DNA of 63,224 nt, the filler included, from Atractiella rhizophila (Eukaryota): assembly GCA_021432655.1 (NCBI GenBank). It is 4 parts of 4 records of this genome, joined end to end, with 100 filler letters (N's around TTAATTAATTAA, not from the genome) between each part and the next. Parts side by side here need not be neighbours in the genome. Positions count along the whole stretch, not along the records: positions 24,609 to 54,127 come from MU271418.1; 3 more parts are not named here. One strand, written 5' to 3'. Below the pieces are notes generated by a model that searched no databases, was not told the origin of the DNA, and saw only the letters and a program-made list of their open reading frames with translations. Below, piece by piece: positions 39,540-51,502 of the stretch; position 1 is the stretch's first letter; every line of letters begins with the position of its first letter. A program made the position numbers and the translations under genes.

Positions 39540-41100
39540 ATGCTCGCTTGCCCGCCTATGAGCCATTCCCACTCGCATTCCCACGGAACGCATTATTCCG
39601 TCTCCCCCAGCGACCTCGACTTGCTCAACTTGCTCGCTTCCACCGCAGTTCCTCAACAGCTCGCCAATGGCCATGTAGCGTCTAACCGCTCCAAGGTGGC
39701 AGGAAGGAGACCGCACATGGACCCTTTGATCATCGAAACGGCGGCAGCTTCGGGTCCTCAGTAAGTATCTCATTCCAGCGTTTCAGATGCTTTGGGTTGA
39801 AGTCTTTTCATTGGGAAGTGTTACGAGACATCACTATCTACATGAATTCTACCCTCAGCCGTCTGACGACGTCCAGCCGTCCCCTTCGAAAGTGGTCATG
39901 AAATCTCGCCAAGCGCCACGACAAGTCCGTCTCGCTGCTGAACTCGCAGAAGCAGAAGCCAACTCCACACGCTCGTCCCCACAGAGCATGCATTCTCCTT
40001 CTTCTCCCGTCCACAACCAAGCACGTCGACGCAGCACCCTCAAACCCTCTTCTCCGTCCTCCTCGGCTCCAAGCAATGCAAATTCCAATTTCTCAAACAC
40101 CGCCGTGGGGGACACTATAGCTTGTCAAGTCCGGACGAGGATCCCAACGCCGCACGGAGAGATCGCACTGCACTTATACCATTCTGCGACCGACCCAGGA
40201 AAAGATCATCTCGCTTTCGTAGTGGGCGAGGCGTTGCGCTCTCGCTCTCTCGAAGCTGTGAAAACGGGTGAAACAGAGATGGACCGTCGAATTCGGGGAG
40301 CTAACGTCCCTCCTCTCTCAATCGAGACAGAGCGAGAAGGGGAAGGGGAAGGGGAAGCGACGCTGATGCGCATTCACTCGGAATGTTTCACGGGCGAGAC
40401 GGTTGGTTCTCAACGGTGCGATTGTGGGGAGCAGTTGGACGCATCCCTCTCTCTCCTCTTCCGAAATCCACGGGGAGGAGTTATCCTGTACCTCCGACAA
40501 GAGGGACGGGGCATCGGACTTTTGGAGAAGATGAAGGCGTACAATCTTCAGGATATGGGACACGACACCGTCTCTGCAAATCTTGCTCTCGGGCATGGAG
40601 CTGACGAGCGCCGTTACGATCTCGCCGCCAATATCCTGAAGGATCTGGGTGTGGGAAAAGTGAGGCTGATCACTAACAATCCGGATAAAGTGGGACAGTT
40701 GGCGAGGGAGGGAGTGGAAGTGGTGGAGCGCGTGCCGATCGTTCCTAGACTGTGGTCAGCGGCGATCGGCGGAGGAGAGGAAGAGGAGGAGAGATGGAGG
40801 AGGAGGAGGGAGGGAGTGGGCATGATCGGCGCGGGTGTGACGGAAGGGAAGGATCTGGAGAAATACCTCAAGACTAAAATCCAGAAGATGGGACACATGC
40901 TAGAACTTCCTCAGCTACCCTCCAAGTCTGGGCGGGTTGAAGTCGCGGCAGAAGAGAATACAGCGATGGTGACGGATGAAGAGGGGAGCGAGGAGATGAC
41001 CAGCTCGATGGAGAGCATTAGAAGTGTGGGACTGTCGAAAGAGAGCGGAATGTTGGACCTCATTCATTCTCAGTCGAATTCTTTCTATGGACGGGAGTAA
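39540..41100 (+). CDS. RIB1: GTP cyclohydrolase II (first step of riboflavin synthesis) with a long N-terminal extension; the true start may be 39261
   Basis: RTRIPTPHG, RIHSECFTGETVGSQRCDCGEQL, YLRQEGRGIGLLEKMKAYNLQDMGHDTVSAN, RLITNNPDK, YLKTKIQKMGHML; intron 39761-39818. Confidence 0.96.
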
Positions 41101-41487
41101 TTATGAGTTGAGTTGGACAAAATAACCTCCATTGGAGGTAGCCCAAGGATGGATTGGATCTTGCGCTATCTTATTCCTCGTTGTATTACTATTACTGCTT
41201 AGAATGATACCCGACATTGAATTAGTTAATGGGAAACCAAATCCTATTCTTTTCATTTGTCGACTAAGAAATACCTTTGAGTTATTTTAGACGGACACAA
41301 CCACAACAACCACTGGGACTGGCAACAAAAATCCCAAAATCTATTCGAGTAATAGAACAACCATAAATCCAAGAGAAGTCTGAGGGCGTAACATGCAAAT
41401 GCCGCTAATTTTGATAAATCAATCCAATCCACACAGAACCTGGTGGAAGGGATTTGAAATGGATAAAAGTACAAGACAAGGAGAGAG

Positions 41488-41570
41488 TGGATGGATATAC
41501 GTATCGGAATGGATGGTATGGATGGATGGATGGAATGATGGATGGACGATGGAAGATGATGGGACGATGG
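41488..41570 (+). repeat. Degenerate (GGAT/GAT)n microsatellite
   Basis: ggatggtatggatggatggatggaatgatggatggacgatgg. Confidence 0.7.
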
Positions 41571-41854
41571 AGTATGCAAAGAAAGAAAGAGAGCGAGAGA
41601 TAAAGAAAGCTTTGGTTTTGGTGTTGATCTCCTGGACTGAGTAACAGCGGTGTCAGGAGAGGAAGAGATTGTGAACGTTCATAGACAAATTTGGATGAAA
41701 ATCGCGAGCGTCCTTCCCCGCTTCCCAGAGTCAGGTCCCAAGAGAAATCCAAGGGACAGATGTGCCCCTATCCAACGTTGAAAGCCAAAAGAAAAGAGAT
41801 CCACGAGTCGCGCACTCCGCATCTTCGGCATCGGGAGATCAGGAGGGAGATCGA

Positions 41855-42614
41855 TCAAGTGAGGCCCAATCTATCCTCCAGTAGCCTCATTCCCTCCTCC
41901 TCGAGCCATTGTTCCTCTACCCACTCACATGGATCGCCAACCGCCAACCCCTTGTCCCTGAGCTTCCGGAGGGCAGTCTTCATCCAAGTTCTCTGGGAGT
42001 AACTGGCGAGGAAGACTCTGTGTTCGTCAGCTTGCAAGACTTCCACCCGGAGGAGATCCTCGATCATCCACGCGTATCCCGATGTCACTTTGCCCACTGC
42101 TACGGCAGCTACATATCCCCAACATCAACAGAGTAATATTGGTCAGCATGGATTTTTAGTTCAGCGGAGGAAGGGATGACCAACAGGTGAAGGACACATC
42201 GTCACCCCCAAAACGGGAAGAGGAGCTCGAGGCAGATGCTGGACTCGCCGGTCCTATGGCGCCGTGACCAGTCGAAGACGAAGCGCCACTGTCGTTCCTC
42301 GCGTGCCACCAGTCCCGTCCACCTCCCGACTCCCTCCCGTCCGCTCCGAGAACCTCCTCCTCCTCCTTTTCTGCCTCCGTCCGCTCCCTTCTCATCCGAT
42401 ACCTGTGGAATCGCTGCACGTCGAGCTCGTTCCGCCTGAAGCGGTAAAAGATCCCATGTATCGAATAGTCGGTCGCGTGAGAAGGGTCCGTGATGAGGAA
42501 GAAAAGACGGGAAGGTCTTGGCTCCATCCCTGGTGGCATGGGGAGATTGGAGGAAGGGTCATCTTCTGCGAGGTGGCCGACGAGGATGAACCAAGGTACT
42601 CCTCCTGGCGCCAT
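41855..42614 (-). CDS. Hypothetical protein, ~2 exons
   Basis: ORFs 42156-42614 and 41855-42097 have coding-like composition and can be joined by a short intron; no recognised family. Confidence 0.55.
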
Positions 42615-43501
42615 TGCGTGAACGTATAAGGGATCGTTCGGAGATTCGTCAATTATCAGAACTTCGTGGATTTGGACTCGGAGGCTAGAAAGGAAGAATT
42701 CGAAGCGTATAAGTAGATGAAGAGGAGGCGGTGATGATCGAGTAAGAAAGGATTAGGTATATCGTGACTGCGATTTGAATGTCCGAGATTGGGAAATGAA
42801 CTGTTTGATTACAAAATGAGGGCAATAGGCAAAGGTGCGTTGGCCGGGTTCGCTTTGTCCAACTGTGATTGTATGATTTTTCCTGGCCGTAAGAGACGTG
42901 GACGCATACACTTGAGGACTTGGACCGCGCTGAGCTGAGATGAGAGGTTCGGCTGCTGAGGACGTGACTTTGTTGGTCGAATGGCTGAGTTGAGTTGAGT
43001 GATCACTACGTTTCAATTTAACCGGAGTCACTACGCGATGCTTATTAATAAAGGTCACATGATCTCGAATTCTCCTTCTCCGCCAATGAAATGGCTTCTT
43101 CTGCTCCAGCAAAAGCATACACAGTAGGCTCAGTTCAACAAAGTTGAGCTATGCATGCAGACGCTTTACAGACGATGCAAAGATCTGCGTGACAAGTTCA
43201 CAAGGAACTCAAGCAAGTCCTTGTCGCAGCTCCTTGTCATGGATCTGCCTTGTTATCAACAAAGTCTGTTCTAGAAAACTCAAAAGTCTAAAGACAAGGC
43301 GTCAGGGCCCTCAGTTGAAGAGCGCTATAAAATCAGTGCCGATTCGCTCTCAGGAAACACCCAGCTGGTTCTTAGTCCGCGACTGAGTCTCCTTGTTAAT
43401 AACATTGTTATACCTCGCCTATAATCGCTCTTTAATACCTAACGACGTACAGCATCTCTCAGCAATCAGCGCTTAGCAGCATTTCATTCAGCATTGCACC
43501 A

Positions 43502-45328
43502 ATGGCAACATCTCAATCCTCATCCTCCTCCTCCCCGTCAAACTCTACCTCCATCTCCCTCGTCCCGTTCTACCATCCGGCTCGTCCACGAAATCTTCGG
43601 CCTATCAAGAATGGTAGTACCGCTCTCCCAAACGCGTTCAACGTTCCCTCCTACTCTATGCGTCGTACGCCTACACCAACTGCTTCTCCCAGATCCTCGA
43701 CGGATAGCGAATTGTTCGTTGTTGACGTAGGAGAGGATGCTAGGAGCTCCCACTCTACCCCAGTCCAAGCTGTCATCGACAATGGATTGCACTCCCAAAA
43801 ATCCCGCACTCGCCTCTCCCGACCTCCGCTACGGACTATCAGCTCTTTACCTGCTGCTGCCAATCAATCCACTAATCAAGTACAAGATGTGAAATCAAAC
43901 GAAAAACGGAGGTCGATCAAGGCCAAGTTCAGAGAACACCTTTCCATCCAATTCGGTGGATATGCTTTCCCTTTCGTTGCACCAGTGCAAGTGAAGGAAG
44001 AGAAGGAGAATTTTGGGATCATCGAGCCATTTCCACTCCCTACGCCCTCGATAGCTTCGCCCATCTCAGCAAGCTCTCCGTCACAAGCAAAGCAGTACCC
44101 CCACAGCACGAACTACACCTCATCTTTCTCTGATTCCTCCGCATCAGAGTCGAATCGCAACTCCCTCTCCACTCAACATTCGCACGTCCTCGTCCAATCT
44201 CCTCCGCTCCGGCCTCGAGCCCCAACTCCACTGTCTTTCCCCGACAACTCCCTCGCTACCACAATGGTTGACGACTTCGAAGAGGTCACTCCGAACCCGA
44301 TGGGCCGACACGCTGCAATGTTGGCACCCATGAAGGTAGAAAGACCATTGACGAAATTTGAGAAAGACAGAGCGGAGGGATGGATCCCGGACGTGGCTGA
44401 GATGGCAAGGAAAGCAAGGGAGCAGGGATGGAGACCACCCATCGAGTGGGAGGTCGGTTTTCACCCAGCAACGGCAAGCGCAGGAGTGAGAAGGCGACCC
44501 GCGTCCGGGAGAGATCTGGAGAAGGGGCTTCCGGAGGGAGTTTACGAGGTAGCTTACCGGTCGGAGGAATTGGGAGGCAAGAGGAGAACAGACGCGGAGA
44601 GGAGGAGGCGGAGGACGAATTGGTTCTTGGGCACCCTGGCGACCTTGATCACGCTTTATCTCTTGGTCAACAACATTTTCCTCGACGTACGCTTCGCGTC
44701 CCTCTCCTCTCCTTCACCCTCCGAGGAGTCCGTGAAGACCACTTCAACTTATGCCCTTGCTTGCCTGTCCCTCTTCCCCCTTCTCCCTCCCGCCAACTAT
44801 CCATGCTCACAATGCCTCCCATTCCTCTCTTCGTCCGATTCAACGGTAACGGATAGTCTGAAAGGACTGGAGAATAACGTTACAGAGATCGAGTCCTTCT
44901 GCTCGCTCAAGACAATCGTCGATTCCTCCACATCTACTGCTACCGCTTTAAAGGCGCAAGGATGGATGGAAAACAGCGATTTCTGCTCATGGAGCGGTGT
45001 GACTTGTGCCTCAGACAAGCCACTCCGAGTTAACAAGTTGTTCGTTCATCCTTCCGCTTATTCTGAGCAGACATGCTAAAATGATCTTCGCTGTAGGACA
45101 CTGAATAAGCTCTCCCTCGACTCTCCATTCCTCCTTTCAGCCATCTCCACGTCCACATCACTCGCGTCGTCCCTCCAATCCCTCGACCTCTCCTCCAACA
45201 AACTCACAGGCCCCATTCCTACCTTCCGTGACTTCAAACTCCTCGCCACAGTCGATCTAAGGAATAATTCTCTTTCCGGCATGGTGGGAGACGTGAGAGA
45301 GGGTGTCACCATCCTAACGGATGACTGA
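43502..45328 (+). CDS. Single-pass membrane protein with a Cys-rich segment, a plant-type LRR N-cap and about 2-3 LRRs; 2 exons
   Basis: TM WFLGTLATLITLYLLVNNIFL after RRRRRT; GW....DFCSWSGVTC cap; exon 2 LQSLDLSSNKLTGPIP and LATVDLRNNSLSG. Confidence 0.85.
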
Positions 45329-45802
45329 GTCCGATTACTTCGTGCTCTGGTTTCAGAAAGGACTTTGCCGCATTTTCGTTTTTCAGATTCCATAGATGGA
45401 CATTTTGTTTTCTCACACTTGTATCACCTGCTTCAGGTCTGATCCGTGTATTTCCCCCTCACTTCAGCAGATACTGCAGCAGGAGTAGATTAGTAGATTT
45501 AGCAGCCTAGCATTTAAAGTGGCATCAATCGTTTCGTAGATTCAATTCAACGCGTCGTTCTCTTCATATTTCAGGCAGACTGTAGCAAGAAATAACGTCG
45601 TGAAATATCGTATGTACGATTAATTTAATCTATCTATCAAAGACAGTGCGAACGACCTTGCTTTGCTTGTTGCTTCGTTACTCGCCCATGAAAGAGAAGA
45701 AAGATGGTGGACCAAACAAATTCAGTTCAGTCTCTCTCCCAATCAACTGTCCCTTACTCACAACCCACCAAGCCCATCATTGAACGCACAGAAAAGAAAG
45801 AA

Positions 45803-47797
45803 TCAGACGACGACATATTCGTCGGTCGTCAACAATCCTTGAAGAGAGAAAGGAATGTCCTCCTGTGTCTCCCCAGATTTGACTTCCACAATCTGCACAC
45901 AGCTCACTTCAGTCTTTCGACGCCATGAGAAGACAATGACCTACCTCTACCCCACAGATCCCCTGCTGGCTCACAAAGTCTACGGCAACAGGGAAGAAAT
46001 ATGCAACATCGTCTCCCGGACAGGTGAACTCGAGCGAACCGCTGTTTGTTCCCTCGCCCTCTGTAGAAATGATGGGGACGATCCAGTCGAGGGAATGAGC
46101 ATCCGCATTCACGCTCCATGTTCCATTGCAAGTCTCGCTGCTGGACTCCGATACCGTTGGGTACGATCCTGGCGGCAGGGGTATGGAGATCGTCACGTTG
46201 TGCAGGGATAAAGATGTGTTCTCCAACTCGTATTCGATGGACACTTCCGTTGTTCCGGAGCTGGAGACCGTTGGCCAACAGTTGACTATCAAAATCCTCA
46301 ATTCCCTTCCTTACGTCACAACAGAAAGACAGGCAAGACTTACTGGACAGAGGAACCCAAGTCTCGTCTTTTCCAGCCAACCTCCATTTGAGGACACCAA
46401 CATCCTGCCCAACAGGGAAAGTCCTCTTTGCGTCCTTGAGCGCTATCCGATTCTCCTTGCTCCAAGCATTGCGATCCACATTCGGGTGAACCTTGAACTG
46501 CAATTCCGAAGACTGGAACTGGTCATTGTGCCGGACCTTCGCGTAGCACTTGTTGGCTGTAGCGTCGTTGACGTGGAGATTGAGCTCGCCGAGGAGCTCG
46601 AAGGAGGTGACGCCTCCGTCGCGAGAGAGCGAGAGGGATAATTTTTCTTTCAAATTCAGATGAACACTGTTCCCATCCGCATTCTGTCAATCTCCAAGCT
46701 CATCCAGGCCGCAAAGGTGAGGAATACGCACTCTTGTTGCTCAACATCAGGGAACGGATTCTCGGGTGCCGCAACGGCTGCCTGTGCAGGAACGGCCGGA
46801 CTTGTGCTCCTCACAGGCTCCGGAGTGTAAGATCTCAGGACGGATTCATCGACACCCAATCCGTCCATCGCCTCGGCCAATACCGCATCCGCCTTCAAAT
46901 TGGCCTTTTTCGCTCCGCCGCCAAGCTGCATTCCTTTCCCTTTGAACGGCTTGTTGGCCGCCTGAGTCTGCTCGTACGGCGCGGGGGACGGTGTGCGCGG
47001 TTGGGTGAAGGATGGCGTGGGGAGAGAAGGCATGCTCATTGGCACGTTGGTGTATGGATTGGGTTGACCACGACGTTGGGCTTCGCGGCGTTGAAGCTCG
47101 AGTTGCTTCGCTCGCCGTCTCAGTTCCTCTTTAGCTTCAGCTTCGCGGTTCTATCCACATCCAACGAGGAATTGATGCCACAAACGTGTCGGTCTCATCT
47201 GATCCAAGGAGAAAAGTAAGAGAAAGCGCACCCTGGTAATGATCTCTTGTATCTTCTCTTCATGACTCTCCATCTCCAAGATATTCTTCACAGCCATCAA
47301 GTCCAGCTTCTCCCTATACCCCATACTGACGATCTCATCCATCGCGCTCAACAGCTCGAAAGCACATCTTCCGACTTCTGCCTCGCTCACCCTTCCACCA
47401 CATACCTCTCCGACGACCCGTGAGAAAAGCTGAAGAGTTTCGATGTCGAGGAGGATGTTGGATTGAGTGTTGACTATGAGTATGAGATAGAGGTCTTCGA
47501 GTGGGAGATAGACATAGCGGATGTGTGGATGGAGGGGTGACGTTAGGGTAGTGTGCTGGGACGCTGTGGAGGAAGTCGGAAGAAGGGTAGGGAAGGAGGT
47601 TAGGAGGGCTGAGAGTCGGGATAGAGGCAGGGGACGAAATTGGCGTGACAACAGGGCTGTCTCCCTTTCTTACCACCTTCTCAGGTTATAATGTGGAGCA
47701 CGCACGTTTGCCGCCTTTTGAGATTATAGATGCTGCTAAGACCACCTGTTCCATTACACTCTTAAGACTGCACCTTTCAGAGCCAAGCACTTACCAT
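45803..47797 (-). CDS. RET2: Coatomer subunit delta, multi-exon
   Basis: [24 protein letters not shown]...[15 protein letters not shown]...[13 protein letters not shown]...[14 protein letters not shown]...KGKGMQLG...QFKVHPNVD...VGVLKWR...NCWPT. Confidence 0.95.
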
Positions 47798-47811
47798 GAT
47801 GCTGTGGCTGA

Positions 47812-48540
<729 letters not shown>

Positions 48541-48994
48541 GCGACCCTTCCAGTGGTGTTCTGGGTCACGCACAGTTCTATGTTGGCATGTCGATTTATG
48601 CAATTATGATCCATCATCTGTCCATCCAAACGCTATCCCTCCCCGAACTTTCCTCAGTACTACCGACAAGGATTTTTGAGCATCAGTATGAGATGATGAA
48701 ACCGTCCGTTGGCCGTATTGTGAGTAGCGCTGCTAAACTGGCATGAGGTGTTGGTACCGCTTGATGGATGTGGAAGCCTTTTCTATTTCTCGAAAGTATT
48801 CAGGCAGGCAGGTTATAACAAACAGACTACTCTCAGCTCAGGATCTCGCAGGCACTCGCAATATCTTGAATAAGAATCAAAACCAAAGTGGGAGATACAA
48901 TTACTCAGAAATATCTATTCACGACCATACATCTTCATGCGAGACGAAACCGATGGATTCAGACAGTAAACGATGACATACAGTCTGCTCTTTG

Positions 48995-49225
48995 CTTGCG
49001 AACCAGACTTCAATGAAGAAACTTGCGAACCAATTGAATCAAGGTCAAGAAACTTGCGAACGAAACTCCAATCAAGAAACTTGCGAACCGATTTGAATCA
49101 AGATCAAGAAACTTGCTAACCAAACTGAATTCAAGAAACTTGCAAACGAATTGAATCAAGAACTTGCGAACGAAACTTCAATCAAGAAACTTGCGAACGA
49201 AGCTTTAATCAAGAAACTTGCAACT
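48995..49225 (+). repeat. Minisatellite of about 9 units of 24-32 bp, core TCAAGAAACTTGCGAAC
   Basis: Repeated aagaaacttgcgaac separated by mutually related linkers (gaaacttcaat, caattgaat, gaagctttaat). Confidence 0.9.
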
Positions 49226-49366
49226 AAACGTCAATAAAAATATGCGGACCAGACGCGAATGAAGAAACGAAAAGCGAAGAAAACAATAGAAAGGAGAAGG
49301 AGACTGAAGAAGAATCGAAAAACTGCTCTTGCTCTCAAACAACATGCGACCTATGCTCGACTGCCA

Positions 49367-50139
49367 CTAATTGCTCTGCGGGTTGTTGTTTCGAGGACCG
49401 CTTCATCATTTGCCACAGCGTAAACCTTACGGCCGCGACGACTGCCATCCTTTGGTCGATGTCGAAGGGGTCCACGATTGATTTCTCGTCCCCCTCGGTG
49501 ACTCCCATGCCGTCTTCATACTCGTCGTCGTCATCGTAGTAGTCGTCCTCAAACTCTTCGTCCTCGAAATGGAGGGGCACGAGTGGAGGAAGGTCGTCGT
49601 ATTTTGGAGTTGGCGCGAAGAGCTGAGTGACAGCATGGACGATGACGGGCAGAGAATATTTTGGCAGAGGCGTGAAGTCGATGGGCTCGAGCTTTTGATT
49701 TCTGAATGCCGCTTGCCTCTTCTATCCGCGCGAACAAAGTATCAACAACACCGTCGGAGTCTCAGAGACAAGACGAATCAATCTCACCTTCCATCGCGGT
49801 TCCAATGGGTCGTCAGACACACGCTCACGGGGCCCCCACTGATCCATCATATAAATCCATTCCCGCTCCAGATCCTCCCATGCTGTCGACATCAAACGGA
49901 TCAATTAGAAACTCCTGAGAGCTTTAGAGGGAGGGCGTACTGGTGCTCGTCTTCCACCATATCTTGCTGTAGACGCTGTCTTCGACGATGGGTGCAGCTG
50001 GCGCGGCCTTGCCAACGATCCAGCCGTCCTTCGCTGTGACCTTGATTTTCTTGGTAGTGGGAGCAGTCACGGTGTCGCTGGACGTCGAGCTCTTCTTGAA
50101 TAGATTCGGGAGACGAAGAAAAGAGACCCAGGAGGACAT
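49367..50139 (-). CDS. Hypothetical ~190-aa protein with an acidic C-terminal patch, 4 exons
   Basis: MSSWVSFLRLPNLFKK...KIWWKTSTT|WEDLEREWIYMMDQWG...PRWK|KRQAAFRNQ...EDEEFEDDYYDDDDEY...; frames restored by GTACGC, GTGAGA and GTAAGG introns; TATAAAA upstream at ~50271-50278. Confidence 0.65.
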
Positions 50140-51502
50140 TTTATCGGTGTAGGATGAAGAGATGAGACGAAAGAGGTGCTATAATGCGACACCCTGGTGG
50201 GAAGCTCGAAAGGCGAAAAATTGAACTGGAAAGCCAATGTGGAAGAAGCAGTGGACGTCGCAGGGCGTCTTTTATATCTTTGGCCTGGCTCGGAAGCGCC
50301 TGAGTGCGACATTTTTTGGTCTCGCTCATGTCTTACTCTCTATTTAATAGAATTGATCCCGCTGCGATCCCGCTCGGCTCACTGCTCAGTTTTCCCATCC
50401 CTTCTACCAGCTCCTACCAGGTCCTACCGTACCAGGGTATCATCATATCATTCCCTGCTGTTCTTCACGCGTTCCGAAAGATAGTTCAGTAATGATCTGA
50501 GTAATGATGGGGAGACACGAGAGAGACGAGCAGGAGGTTAATGTTTCACACAAGCCAGAATAAGAAAGCATTACGCTACAATCCAATCAAATGCTGAATC
50601 AAAATGACAATAAAGGTCAGTATTGCCGTTGTAACTCCTCTCCCCGTAGTCATGCATCTACGGCATCCGCTATTTCCAATTGTCAGGGTGCTAATTTCAA
50701 AGTCGAATATTGAACATCGAAATGCAGCTGCCTCTGACATTCTCGACAGCTGGCGCGGCCTTGCCAACGATCCAGCCGTCCTTCGCTGTGACCTTGATTT
50801 TCTTGGTAGTGGGAGCAGTCACGGTGTCGCTGGACGTCGAGTTTTTCTTGAATAGATTCGGGAGACGAAGAAAAGAGACCCAGGAGGACATTTTATGGTG
50901 TAGGATGATGAGATGAGACGAAAGACGTGCTATAATGCGACAGCCTGGTGGGAAGCTCGAAAGGCGAAAAATTGAACTGGAAAGTCAATGTGGAAGAAGC
51001 AATCGACATCGCAGGGCGACTTTTATATCTTTTGCCTGGCTCGGAAGCGCCTGAGTGCGACATTTTTTGGTCTCGCTCATGTCTTACTCTCCATTGAATA
51101 GAATTGATCCCGCTGCGATCCCGCTCGGCTCACTGCTCAGTTTTCCCATCCCTTCTACCAACCGCAACCAGCTCCTACCGTACCAGGGTATCATGATATC
51201 ATTCCCTGCTGTTCTTCACGCGTTCCGAAAGATAGTTCAGTAATGATGGGAGAGAAATGGGAGAAACGAGCAAGAAGTGCTGTGTCACACAAGCCAGAAT
51301 AAGCGAGCTTTATGCTACAATCCAATCAAATGCTGAATCAAAATGACAATAAAGGACATTGTCAGTAGTGCTCTGCTCTAGCATGCTGGAACTCCTCTCC
51401 CCGTAGTCATGCATCTACGGCATCCGCTATTTCCAATTGTCAGAGCACCCATTTCAAAGTCGACTATTGAACATCGAAATGCAGCTGCCTCTGACGTTCT
51501 CG
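49995..51502. repeat. Tandem duplication of a divergent intergenic region: copies at 49995-50745 and 50747-51502
   Basis: Both copies start CAGCTGGCGCGGCCTTGCC and end ATGCAGCTGCCTCTGACRTTCTCG; roughly 90% identical with indels; a single A at 50746 separates them. Confidence 0.93.

Noticed and set aside
48995..49225. CRISPR array
   Set aside because: The context is eukaryotic and intron-rich with no cas genes; the 'spacers' are short and similar to each other
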